64,000 nt of DNA, taken from positions 13,206,001 to 13,270,000 of the forward strand of contig JBHGNT010000005.1 of the NCBI GenBank assembly GCA_043228905.1, given 5' to 3'. The notes below the pieces were generated by a model. The model saw only the letters and a program-made list of their open reading frames with translations. It ran no database searches and was not told the origin of the DNA. The translations under genes and the position numbers were made by a program. The stretch is from Azolla caroliniana. Its lineage: Eukaryota > Plantae > Polypodiophyta. Of this stretch, positions 48,601 to 60,500 are shown piece by piece. Each line of letters opens with the position of its first letter. The stretch's first letter is position 1.

Positions 48601-51600
48601 GAAGATTTGACGAACCAGGTGGAAGGCCGGGCCCTTCAGAACAAAACGACTACAGCCATATGTCGGTTCCTGATTGAGGACGTGATATGCCGGTACGGGT
48701 GCGTCGGGAAGATTGTGGCTGATCGCGGGGAGTTGGACGCCGAAGAGGCCGAGGAGCTGTTCGACCGGCTAGGAGTCAAGCTCTCGCTTACCACTGCGTA
48801 CAATCTGGAGGCGAATTGAAAGGTGGAGCGCGGACACGGACCGATCGTCAAGGCGTTAGTTCGGGCATGCGGAGGTCAAGTCGGGAACTGGCCGCCGCTG
48901 CTGCCTTACGCGTTGTGGGCGGACCGAACTACGCACAGTTCGGTGACCGGATTCATGCCGGCAGAACTCATGTTTGGGCAGAAGCCGGTCATGCCGATGG
49001 AACGCACGATCTCCTCGTGGGCAACCCTGGACTGGAGGAACGAGATGAGCAGGGAGGAACTGCTGGCGGCGCGTATACGACAGCTCGAGCGAAGACCGGA
49101 GGACGTGGAGCAGGCTGTGGAAAAGCTTCGGAAAGCAAGGATGAGGAACAAAGCCCGGTTCGACCGAACGCACCAGCTCCGACCGAAGAAGATCGAGGAA
49201 GGCGACTGGGTGCTAGTCTACGACAACAGCCTTGACAACCAGCACCGAGCGACACGGAAGTTCGCAAGAAGGTGGTTCGGGCCTTACGTAGTACAAAGCG
49301 CCAACGACAACGGGACGTACCATCTGGCGGAACTCGATGGTACGAGAATGACGATACCGGTAGCGGGGAAGCGGATCAAAGCGTTCAAGAAGCGTCATGA
49401 CGATGAGCCGGATCCGGTCGACCTGGACCGCGACGACGAAGGATCCGAAACCGAGGCAGAACCGACGAGCGGGGAATGAAGGCTGGACCGGTTTTCTCCG
49501 TCCCAACTCAATCTGGCGCATGCCGGTGGATGCGCGGTTAGGTGGGGGCGGATGTCGTGAAGAAAACCGTCCACAAGTGGAATCGGTGCACAGGAGCGTA
49601 GGAATCGGCTCTTCTCGAATGTTGTCCATGGAAGATCCTAGGCAGGTAGATTTAGTGGGTAGGAAGTTAAAGGGGGGGGAAACGGCTCCTTCCCTGCCTA
49701 TAAAAAGAGGGAGACGCGAAAGAGGAGGGGATCGCGGAGAGTCGAGGACGAAGTGCTGTCGGTTTGTGTGCGAAGGCTTCTCTCTCTCTCTCTGGTTCGC
49801 AAACTCCATAGCTTCCTTTTGTGCAGGTTTCGGGAGGCTCGCGCTGCTCTGAGGAATGCCCGAGTGCTTCCGGCAGCACCTCCAACCTACTCCTTCCTTT
49901 CCGTGCATTTACGAACAGGTATCGGCATCTGTTCGCCGGCCTGTTCGGTTGTAACCGTCTTCGTGTTTTGTTGTTAGTCTTTGTTAATACATACATACAT
50001 TCGTGTCTCTCTGTGTCGCTGCCCCACTCGCTTCTTGTGTCGAAGGGCCGTGTCCCTGTGAATCTACTCTCGCACGTAGTGGGTCTCTTCTCCTTTCTCT
50101 CTTGCTCTTCGGTACAGGACCCCCGAGGTCCCGCCTCATTCCACGCATTCGCGAGGAATACCTCGACAACGGTTACTAGGTAAACAAAATAGGATTTTGT
50201 AGAACAAGTATGAGTATAGACTATTACTAACCATCCAATTTCCTACGACAATCATCTTGATAGAACGTTCGACCTATTGTTTTTGCCGGTTACAACAATC
50301 GATTGTCAGCAAATCAACACTAATCAAGGTCATCATTCACGACCAAGAGGTGTCGGGCCTCATAGTCGATGAGCAGAGTTCGATAATCAAGGTCATCATT
50401 CACGGCCAAGAGGTGTCGCGAAGCATTGTCGATGGAGGGTACGATGTGAATGTCATTAACAAAATTACTTGTGATCGGCTAGGCATCACCACCTAGGAAG
50501 CAAGTCCTTTTTTCCTACAAATGGCCGACAATAGCACGGTCCGACCACTCGGGCTGATCCGACAGCTTGATATTGTCATTCGAGGCCACACGTTTCATAT
50601 ATCAACGATCATACTCCATCTCGATGCACCAACATATCCTCTATTCTTGGGTTGACCATGGCTTAGAACTACCAATATGAAGCAGAATTGGTAGAAGAAT
50701 ATTATGACATTCTGGAAAGGCAAGACCAAGATTCGAGTGTCAACTTTGGAAAATTTCGGGACATCTCGACAATGTGTGTCGTTATATGCTGAACCGGTCA
50801 ATATGATGGAAGGGCTAGATGATGTAGAAGAACATTAGTATTTTGAAGACAATCCCAAGATCATTACATTATTCAAAATCAATGTTCTCAAGGTGCTCGC
50901 CCCATAGCTCGAGGGTGACGACAAGAAGGACAAGGTGCCAATCGACGATAAAACTCTGAAGGAGTTATGCTTGCAGCGAGAAGCAATGGAAAGGGAAATG
51001 CAAGTATCCCAAAAGAGTACATGCTTCAGCGTCAGAGAAATTGAATCTAGCCAACAATGACACAGAGCCGAAAAGAGTGTTTATAGCGAAGGAGATGCAG
51101 TCGGATGACAAGGCAAATGTGGTCGACCTACGATGACAATAAAAACATGTGTTTGCATGGTCATTCAAGGGTATGAAGGGCCTCGATCTGACATTCTGTT
51201 AGCACAAAGATGTGAAGCTAATCTAATAACATGGATACTGTCTAAATCCGAACTATGCAGTAAAGGTAAAGGAAGAAATCGACAAACTACTACTATGCCT
51301 AGAAAGATGTCGGCAAGGCCGGCTAAGTTTAAATCCGGCCAAATGCGCATTCGGAGTTACGAGTGGAGCTTTGCTCGGACATATTGTTAGTCGGGACGGA
51401 ATTGCCATCAACCCAAATAAGGTGAAAGCCATAATGGAGGCACCACCACCAACAAATGCTAAGGCTCTGAGCTAATTCCTGGGCCACATTAGATGGCACA
51501 GTCATATGATTCGGTATTTGTCCGATGTTGCGACACCTCGGCACATAACATTACATAAAACACCCTTTCAATGGTTGACATAAGAACAAGACACTTACGA

Positions 51601-53460
51601 TTGTTTGAGGAAAATGCTCACAAAGGTACTGGTTGTACATCCACTTGATTGGGCAAAGGATTTCATGTTTTTGTCAATGCCTCAAATGTCGCACTCAATA
51701 GTGCCCTAATGCAATTGTCAGAGCCTAACTAGTATAGGCTAGTCTATTATGCGAGTCGAAAGTTGTCGACCGTTAAGCAAAATTATTCGACAACCGAAAG
51801 GGAGGCGCTAAACATGATCTACAATATGAACAAGTTTAGACATTACCTGTTGGGTCGGAAATTTACATTTCATGTCAACCATTCCGCATTACTATACTTA
51901 GTGTTGAAACAATCCTTAACTGGCAAGTTGGCAAGATGGACACTTTTGTTACTCGAATCTGAATTCGACATTATCCATCGACTAGGAGTACAACACGAAG
52001 TAGCAGATAACTTAAGTCGACAATGTCGGAGGAGCCAGGTACAGGAGTTCGGAATGATTTTCCCGATGCCCAACTATTCGGAGTCGAAACACTGACTTGG
52101 ACCGAGGTTGATGACGATGTAGCTGACCTATGAATCACGGAAATGACAATATTTCTCAGTACTGGATTGTCACCGGAAGGCATGTCACCCGATGAGCACA
52201 AACGATTAGCCTTTTGGAGTCGGAACTTCTGTCTGCTCAAAGAAACATTGTACCATAAAGGAGCCGATGGCATCTGGCATCGTGCAATTCGACAATTCAA
52301 GAAGGGAATGGTTTTACGCGAGGCTCATTGCGGGGTAGCTGGAGGACATTATGCAGGAGAGATGACAGCTACGAAGATATGGAATAACTGTGGGTTATGG
52401 TGGCCGACAACTAGGAAAGATGCAGTTGACTATTGTCGACAATGCGATTTATGTCAAAGAATCAGTCAACCAAATGAATGTGATTTAATGCTGCATCAAC
52501 CGGTCCTGCCGTTACAACCTTTCAAGAAATGGGATCTCGACTTTGTCAAACCATTTAAACCAGCAACTACGAAGACAGGAAATTGATACATTATAGTCGA
52601 TACCAATTACTATACTAAATGGGTCGAAGCCAAGCCATTTCGGGATAATATGGCAACATCCACAATAAAATTCCTGTATGAATGGATATGGTGTCGATTT
52701 GGATGTCCAATAGAGATAGTCAACAATCAAGGTACTCACTTTGTGAATAAAGTCATTCATGAATTATCCAACTATTATGCAATAGTGCATAAAAGGAGTA
52801 CATTGTACTATCCTCAAGCTAATGGGTTAGCCGAATCGACAAATAAAACTATTCAAACACTCTTGAGGAAGATCGTCAATGAAAATTGCACTGATTGGGA
52901 TCAGAAGCTGCATAGTGCTTTATGGGCCAATTGAACAATGTACAAGACAATGATCAAGTCGACTCTATTCAGGATGGCGTTCGGATTAGAGGCAGTGATG
53001 CCGATCGAATTTCAGATTCCGACTCTGCGAGTACAAGTAACAGAACGACTAGATGAGGAGCAATTAGAACAGATTTGGAAGGAACAACTTCTTTTGCTAG
53101 AAGAGAGTCAACTACAGGCAATTTGCCATTTGGAGCGAAAGTAGAGGAAAACTAAGGCGTTTGTCGATCGACACCAACACAATAAAGAAAAGTTGTTCGA
53201 CGTTGGTAAACCAGTCTCAGTGTTTCAAACAAACATGGGTGCTGTGCCTGGAAAGCTGAGACTTCGATAGACCGGTACTTATTATATTATCAACAACAAC
53301 AATGGCATGTGTCAAGTTGGCACATTAGCTGGTCAAGTCCTACCTAAGTTGGTCAATTGGTTCCGACTCAAGCCATATCGGGGACTGACCCCGACAAACC
53401 CATTTGAACAAGGCGACGCAACCAACAATGGGCCGACTACCCCATCAAGGTCGGTGGCCC
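42610..53460 (+). mobile_element. Heavily degraded non-chromovirus Ty3/gypsy element D (LTR-like ~42610-43205 plus ~50173-50230; PR, RH and INT remnants ~50290-53400), interrupted by copy A2
   Basis: IVDGGYDVNVI, NYSTTEREAL..FRHYLLGRKFTFH, GLWWPT..CDLCQR, YYPQANGLAESTNK; many stops; boundaries approximate. Confidence 0.7.
43206..50168 (+). mobile_element. Full-length Ty3/gypsy copy A2 (tRNA-Trp PBS, 4-bp TSD), inactivated by several stops and a frameshift
   Basis: LTRs 43206-43818 and 49553-50168 are nearly identical; TSD ACGG (43202-43205 / 50169-50172); PBS TGGTGAACCCGACGTGAA at 43823-43840; gag from ATG 43863, PR to 45989, pol to 49479; stops at ~44859, 45213, 46990 and 48817. Confidence 0.96.
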
Positions 53461-56400
53461 ATCCAATAGGGCATAATTATAAATATTTAAATAAATAAAT
53501 ATATGTATATATATAGAAAAGAAAAGAAAAAAGAAATGAAAAGAAAGAAAAACAAAAAGAAAAGAAAAGAAAAATCAAATATTGGTAGAAAACAAACGTA
53601 ACAGAAAAATTAACTTGTCATCATTACTTCTTGGCATAGTCCTATTTAGACTATAAAAGGACAGGCATGCTTATGATTCGATATTGATTATGAGTGTTAG
53701 CTATTGAAGAGACATTAATACCAGATTCTATTTTTAATGTTCTGTCTCAAATAATGGACCAAATTTTCACAACATCCCTTTGGGCTTCTTTCTCTGTCAT
53801 ACAAATACACATTAAAACACAGGCGAACAAAGAGAATATCATGCTCACACTAGTAAACAACGAGCGTAACAGACAAAAGCAGTCAACCAAAGTCATACGC
53901 AAAGCACTTCGACTCTCTCTGCCAAGCACCGAACACAACGAGGTCATTTACACAGACGACGAACAAAAAAACACGTCAATGCAAGTATCAGAGCATCTGT
54001 ACCGATTGCTAAAGACGAATGGGATGGAAGGCTACCTTTGAGTAGCCGAAGCAGAACCTGACCCTCAAGCAGAAGAAATAATCAAAGAAATCGACATCGA
54101 CAAAATCACAAACAAACAGGTGCATTGATTCTTAAACCTAAAGAAAGAGGGTTATGATATGATGGACACATTGGAAGCAGAAATCCTTGAGTCATATTTT
54201 GGGGAATACTCTCCTTTTATCGTCTATCGAACACAAGGCGGTCTAGATGTATTCTTGCATGATGTAGCAAAATTTCTGTTGGAAGTGGCTTGTGTAAGCC
54301 CACTATCATATTGCATGCCGAAATAGAGGGTTGGGTTCATAATAGCCACATATGAGGGGGAGACAATTGACAGGGGATACATCACTAGTGTAAGGCCCAA
54401 ATAATAGTTACTGCACGGGGTGAAGAATGGGAATGCCATGAAGCCGATCTTTGCACAGTGATTAGCGAGTTTATGTCCCACACCGGTAGCTGATACAAGA
54501 CGCAAGACCTCGAAGAAGGAAAAGGGGCAATCGTCACAAGCAAGGCCAAAGGAATTGGTACGCCAAGCTGTACCACACAATGTGTGAAAGTTAATGTGCG
54601 GAAGCTTAGACAAACCAGCTCAGCCGGATAGCAACAGAAAATAGAGATAAGGTTTAATGAAAGCTTGAAAAGTACACAGTATGCGGGAGAGACATAGAGA
54701 GCAGAATAGTAAACTCTATTTCAAAAATAATGAACACTCTGTACGTACAATGTGCTCAAAGAGCACTTTTATACAAGTACTTAAAAGAACTGACAAAAGT
54801 ATTGACAAATACTTTAAAGCTCATATTGAGCTATTGACACTTACTCCTAAAAATACGCCTACATACTAGGCTAGGATCGTAGGCCTCTAATGGCCTACTA
54901 CTGGTTACATTGATCTGGATTACGATCCGGCTCTTGGTTCCGGATGTCGATTTGACTCTTGGTTCCGGACACCAATTTGGCTCTTGGCTTATTCAGCCAA
55001 TCCGGATCATGTTGAGCTTGTCTGCTCAACACTCCCCCTCAAGCTCAACTTGAGGTCGGATCATGGTGTTAGTGTCTACTGGTCCTTCCTCCGGCTCCTC
55101 TTGGTGTCTTCCTGCCTTGCTCGTGCTCCTTGTCTGGTCCGGTCCCATTTTTAACGACTTGTTCGGTTCCACGCACCTCGACCTTTCCGGTCATCTTGTC
55201 TGCTCATAAGGCCCATCTCATCTCCTTCGTTGCTTCTTGACCCGTCGGTTCCTCTTTGTGGGTGTTGAATTCTGTTGACTTTTCATCTGTTTGGCCTTAA
55301 GTTGACTCAGCTCCTCCGAATCGAACACCTCTTCCAAATCGGGTGCCTCCGATTCATTCCAGATCTTATCCGAATTCGCTATCTCCAATTCGTCCTCATC
55401 CTTCAAGCCCTTTACCACATCAAACCATGTTCAGTTCTTGTCCTTCTTCTTCTGGTCGGCTCTGTCCTGCTTGACTCTACCACCATCGCCGCTCATTCCG
55501 ACTTTTTCGGATGTGCAAACTTCTTTAGTCGACTCGACTCCCTTTTTCTTCTTGTCTCCACTTGTTTCGGAATTTTCCTCCTCTCCGGGTGCGTTTTCGG
55601 TGCCTCTACCTTTTCTCTTAGTTCCTATTCTGGTTCTCCCCCTCAAGTGTGGCATGTCAAGATGCTTCAACCCAAGCATCTCTGAAAAATGTTGCAACTT
55701 GTTCCATCACAGTGGCATGGTGATGATATCAGCAACCTATCGATTCGTTCGAACATACCTGAGTTTGACTTCACCGCTTAGGACCTGCTCGCATCCAAAG
55801 TGATAGTGCACTTCTATGTGCTTTGTCCAAGCATGGAACACGGGGTTCTTGGCGAGCTGCATGCTACTGATGTTGTCGCAGTAGATCAGGATTGGAGTCA
55901 ATACTTCATACATTTTATTATGGCACATCATGTCTCTCACCCTGAATTACGAAGGAGGCTATGATGTCGCAGAAGATGGCTTCACAGGTTGCAATGGTAC
56001 TCACCCTCAGTGCTTGACAGAGCCACTGTCAGCTACTTCTTGTGGCTCCATTCAACAGCCACGCTCCCGAGAGAGAACATAAAACCGAAGGTGGACCGAC
56101 TAGCTTTTTGGTTATACCGTGTCAGTATAACAGTCCCTGATCCTTAGAGCCGCTCACATATCCTAATAGTCGATGTGTGCATTGTGACAGGAACTACACG
56201 CTCCCTTTAAACAACGCTCGGCCACAACCGAGCCTAGAATAAAACACAGAAAACAGGGAATGAAACACAAACACGATAGAGAGAAGAGTACACAGGATGT
56301 TTACGTGGAAAACCCAAACTCGGGAAAAACCACGACAGCCCACAGACCGCAAACTATCACTATGTCAAAATGTACAATAAGAAAGCACCGAGGCCACGAC

Positions 56401-56633
56401 CTCGAGCTTGCTATCTTCGCCACAGGCGGCGGTTACAATCAGAGGCAACGACCTCTTCCTCTCTCTCAATCTTTCTGTACACAGTTGCACACTCTAATCT
56501 TTTCGCCAACAAGAATGACGACAACACACATCATAAGTTTGCCCTAAGTCATATTTATAGTAATATGACTTTTCGGCTATTTACAAATATAGCCAAGATG
56601 GACTCTCAGAAACATATTTACAAATATGTCTCT

Positions 56634-56860
56634 TCATCCGGTTCTCACCGGGTCTGCACCATCCGGCTCTCCGTAGCCGGGTACTCGTCATCCGGTTCTC
56701 ACCGGGTCTACACCATCCGGCTCTCCGTAGCCGGGTACTCGTCATTCGGTTCTCACCGGGTTTGCACCATCCGTCTCTCCGTAGTCGGGTACTCGTCATC
56801 CGGTTCTCACCAGGTCTGCACCATCCGGCTCTCCGTAGCCGGGTACTCGTCATCCGGTTT
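56634..56860. repeat. 54-bp tandem repeat in U3 of C5 LTRs (4 copies here, ~4 at 57658-57880, 2 at 61824-61940)
   Basis: Unit tcatccggttctcaccgggtctgcaccatccggctctccgtagccgggtactcg. Confidence 0.9.
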
Positions 56861-56930
56861 CGGCCTCGGCCGAGTTTGCTCATCAGTACTGTTCATCTCA
56901 CTTCCCATCGGAGGGACCTATTTCCTAACA

Positions 56931-57554
56931 GATTCAAGAAGCCGAGACGCCAAAGGAAGCGTAGGAGAATCTACGAAACGTTTTCGCCTTGCACCATGGT
57001 TCGGCACGATGAGAACCGCCATACTAGCACGGGAGAATTTGCACTCCTTCGACCTTCAATCCATGTTGTTGGTCGAAGAAAACCATGTTCGAACAAGGAA
57101 CAACGCCTCCGAAGGCCACATGCTCTACACGCATTCGAATGGAGGAAGACGCCGATTCGGCCAAGGACGAGGTGAACGAGGCCCGACTTATGAAAACAAC
57201 TCGCAATTTCGGCATCAAGACGGAAGCCATCGAGGAACCTTTGGAAGAAGGGGGAGCTTCCATTCCGGTCCGAGCCGACAAAACTCGGTCAAATGCAGAT
57301 ATTGCGGAAAAATTAGTCACCATGAAGAAGAGTGTCGTAAGAAGTTACGTGAGTCGACTTCCACTAGCCGACAACTCACCAATTACGCCACCAACTCCGA
57401 CTATGATGATTGCGACGGAATGTTCGTGATGAGACATAGAGCAAATTCTATGTCCGCTTCTACTTCAAATAACGCATCTAGTCCGGAAAACGTATGGTTC
57501 ATTGACTCCGGTGCCTCGAACCATATGACGTCTCATCAAGAATGGTTCCGAGAA
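56931..57554 (+). pseudogene. Fragment of a C2/C3-family copia gag-PR captured inside C5 in the opposite orientation
   Basis: FDLQSMLLVEENH, CRYCGKISHHEEEC and WFIDSGASNHMTSHQEWF are similar to C3 gag/PR (FDLKSMLLVEENH, WYVDSGVSNHMTSHKEWF). Confidence 0.85.
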
Positions 57555-60500
57555 CATCAAGTTTGCCCTAAGTCATATTTATACTAATATGACTTTTTGG
57601 TTATTTACAAATATAGCCACGATGGACTCTCAAAAACATATTGACAAATATGTCTCTTCATCCGGTTCTCACCGGGTCTACACCATCCGGCTCTCTGTAG
57701 TTGGGTACTCGTCATCCGGTTCTCACCGGTCTGCACCATCCGGCTCTCCGTAGCCGGGTACTCGTCATCCGGTTCTCACCAGGTCTGCACCATCCGTCTC
57801 TCTATAGCTGGGTACTCGTCATCCGGTTCTCACCGGTTCTGCACCATCCGGCTCTCCGTAGCCGGGTACTCATCATCCGGTTTCGGCCTTGGCCGAGTTT
57901 GCTCATCAGTACTGTTCTTCTCAATTCCCATCCGGAGGGACCTATTTCCGAACAAACTCCCCCTTCATGCATCCAAGTTGTCGGGTATCAGTACTTTGGT
58001 CAGCATATCTGACCCGTTCACGGCCGTGTGGATCTTCATCAGCGCGAACTCCTGGTCATCTACTCTTTCCCGGATCCAGTGATACCTTCGCTGGATATGC
58101 TTCGTCCGGGAATGGTAGGCCGCATTCTTAGCAAGGTGGATGGCACTTTGACTGTCGCAATAGAGTCAGTATTCATCTTGCCGGATACCAAGCTCTCCGA
58201 TGAAGTCCTTCATCCATAATATTTCCTTGCCGGCTTCCACAGTCGCCATGTACTCCGCCTCCGTGGTTGACAACGAAACCGTCTTTTGCAGCCTCGACTG
58301 CCACGAAACAGCTCCCCCTGCATATGTCATTACATACCCGGATGTAGACCGGCTGGTATCCACATCAGCCGACATGCCCAAATCGGTAAAACCGTCAAGT
58401 TGAGGTTTTCCGGAGCCGAATCAGAGACACATATTCGAAGTGCCCTTCAAGTACCGGAGTATCCATTTGACCGCGTTCCAGTGCTCCTTGCCGGGATTGC
58501 TCATAAACCGGCTCACCACTCCGACTACGTAGCCTATATCCGGTCGGGTACACACCATTGCGTACATCAAGCTCCCGACGGCAGAGGCATATGGAACCTT
58601 CATCATATCAGCCTTCTCTGCTTTCGTCTTCGGGCTTTTCTTACCAGATAATCTGCAGTTTGCAGGGAGTGTCGATCCGACCGGTTTCGCATCTGTCATG
58701 TTGAACTGGTGAAGCACCTTTGTCACGTACTTCTCCTGTGACAACCACAATTGCTTTACTGACCGTTTCCGGATAATATGCATCCCCAGCATCTGTCTTG
58801 CCGGACCCAAGTCTTTCATTGAGAAGGTCCGGTTGAGAGCCTTCTTCAGCATCCGTATTTTGGCTTGGTCCCGTCCGACAATCAACATGTCATCCACGTA
58901 CAGAAGGAGTATCAGGAAGTCGCCTCCTTCAAACTTCTTCACAAACACGCAGTGATCGGCTTGCGTCTTGTGGTACCCTTGATCGGTCATGAAGGAGTTG
59001 AACTTCCGGTACCATTGCCGGGGGGCCTGCTTCAACCCGTAGAGGCTCTTCTTCAACCGGCAAACCAGGTGCTCCTTCCCTTTCTCCACGAATCGTTCTG
59101 GTTGCTGCATGTAGATCTCCTCTTCGAGGTCGCCGTGAAGGAATGTCGTCTTCACGTCCAACTGCTCTACCTCGAGGTCCATGCTTGCCGCTATACTCAG
59201 CACCGTCCGGATGGAGGTCATCTTTACTACCGGGGCAAATATCTCGTCGAAGTCCACGCCCTTCTTCTGCTGGAACCCCTTCACCACGATCCTGGCTTTG
59301 TATCTCGGGGGATTGCTGGCATCTCCCGGTTTCAACTTGTACACCCACTTATTTCGGAGTGCCCGCTTTCCTTTCGGAAACTCCACCAATTCATACGTAT
59401 GGTTCTCATGCAGGGAATCCATCTCATCCTGCATGGCACTTAACCATTTGCGGCTATGGGTGTCAGCCTTCGCCTCTACGAAGCTTTCTGGCTCCCCCTC
59501 ATCGGTTAGCAACACCTGCTCTGCATCCGAAAATCTCCGGGGGGGCCTTCTCTCTCTAAGAGGATATCTCCGTCTTTGGGCTTCGGTAACCGGCTCCTCC
59601 ATTTGCTCTTCATCCGAATCCCATTCGGGGTCTTGGCCGGTTCCGGTTTCGGCTTAGGGTTTCACCTCCATTATCAGCTCAAACCGCCTTTAGCTTCCGG
59701 CCGGTTTCTCTTTCCACTCTCGCGTGGAGCTCTTTGAAGACAGATAACACCTGATCCTTCATCTTCAACGGTGTGGCCCACAGCTTCCGGCTGTGGTCAT
59801 CTATGAACGTCACGAAGTACTGCGATCCGACATGTGACTTCGTATCCACTTGACATACATCAGTATGCACCAACTCTGGTAGTCCATTACGTCTCATCGG
59901 TGGCCTCGATCGGAAGTAGGTCCGGTTTTGTTTACCGGCCAAACAATCAATGCACTTCTCCAAGTGCACGTTCTATACTAGAATGAGGTTGTCTTCTGCA
60001 AGCCTCTTCATCCCCTTCTCGCTCATGTGGCACAATCTCTTGTGCCACATCTCACCGGTAGTGTTGGATGCCACGTTCACTTCTTCCGGGCATAACCGGG
60101 CATTCATCAGGTACAGCGTGTTGACCTTCCGGGCCCGAGCCACAATCAGGATCCCTTTGCTGAACTTCATAACACCGTTCCGGATGCTACCCGTGTAGCC
60201 TTCATCATCTAGCTGACCGGCTGATATCAGGTTTAGACGAACCTCCGGAACGTGTCAGACATCCTTTAGCAACAGTTTGCATCTGGTTGGTGTTGTGAGC
60301 CACACGTCTCCTATGCTGACAATTCGGCATGTACCTTCATTCCCCATCCGGACACAACCGTGATCACCGGCTGAGTAGGATGAGAAACACTTCCGGTCCG
60401 GGGTAAGGTGGAACGATGCTCCGGAGTCGACCACCCAGGTCATCTCGTTGCCGGCAAGGTTTATCTCACTCTCCTCGGTGATGAGCATCAACTCTTCTTC

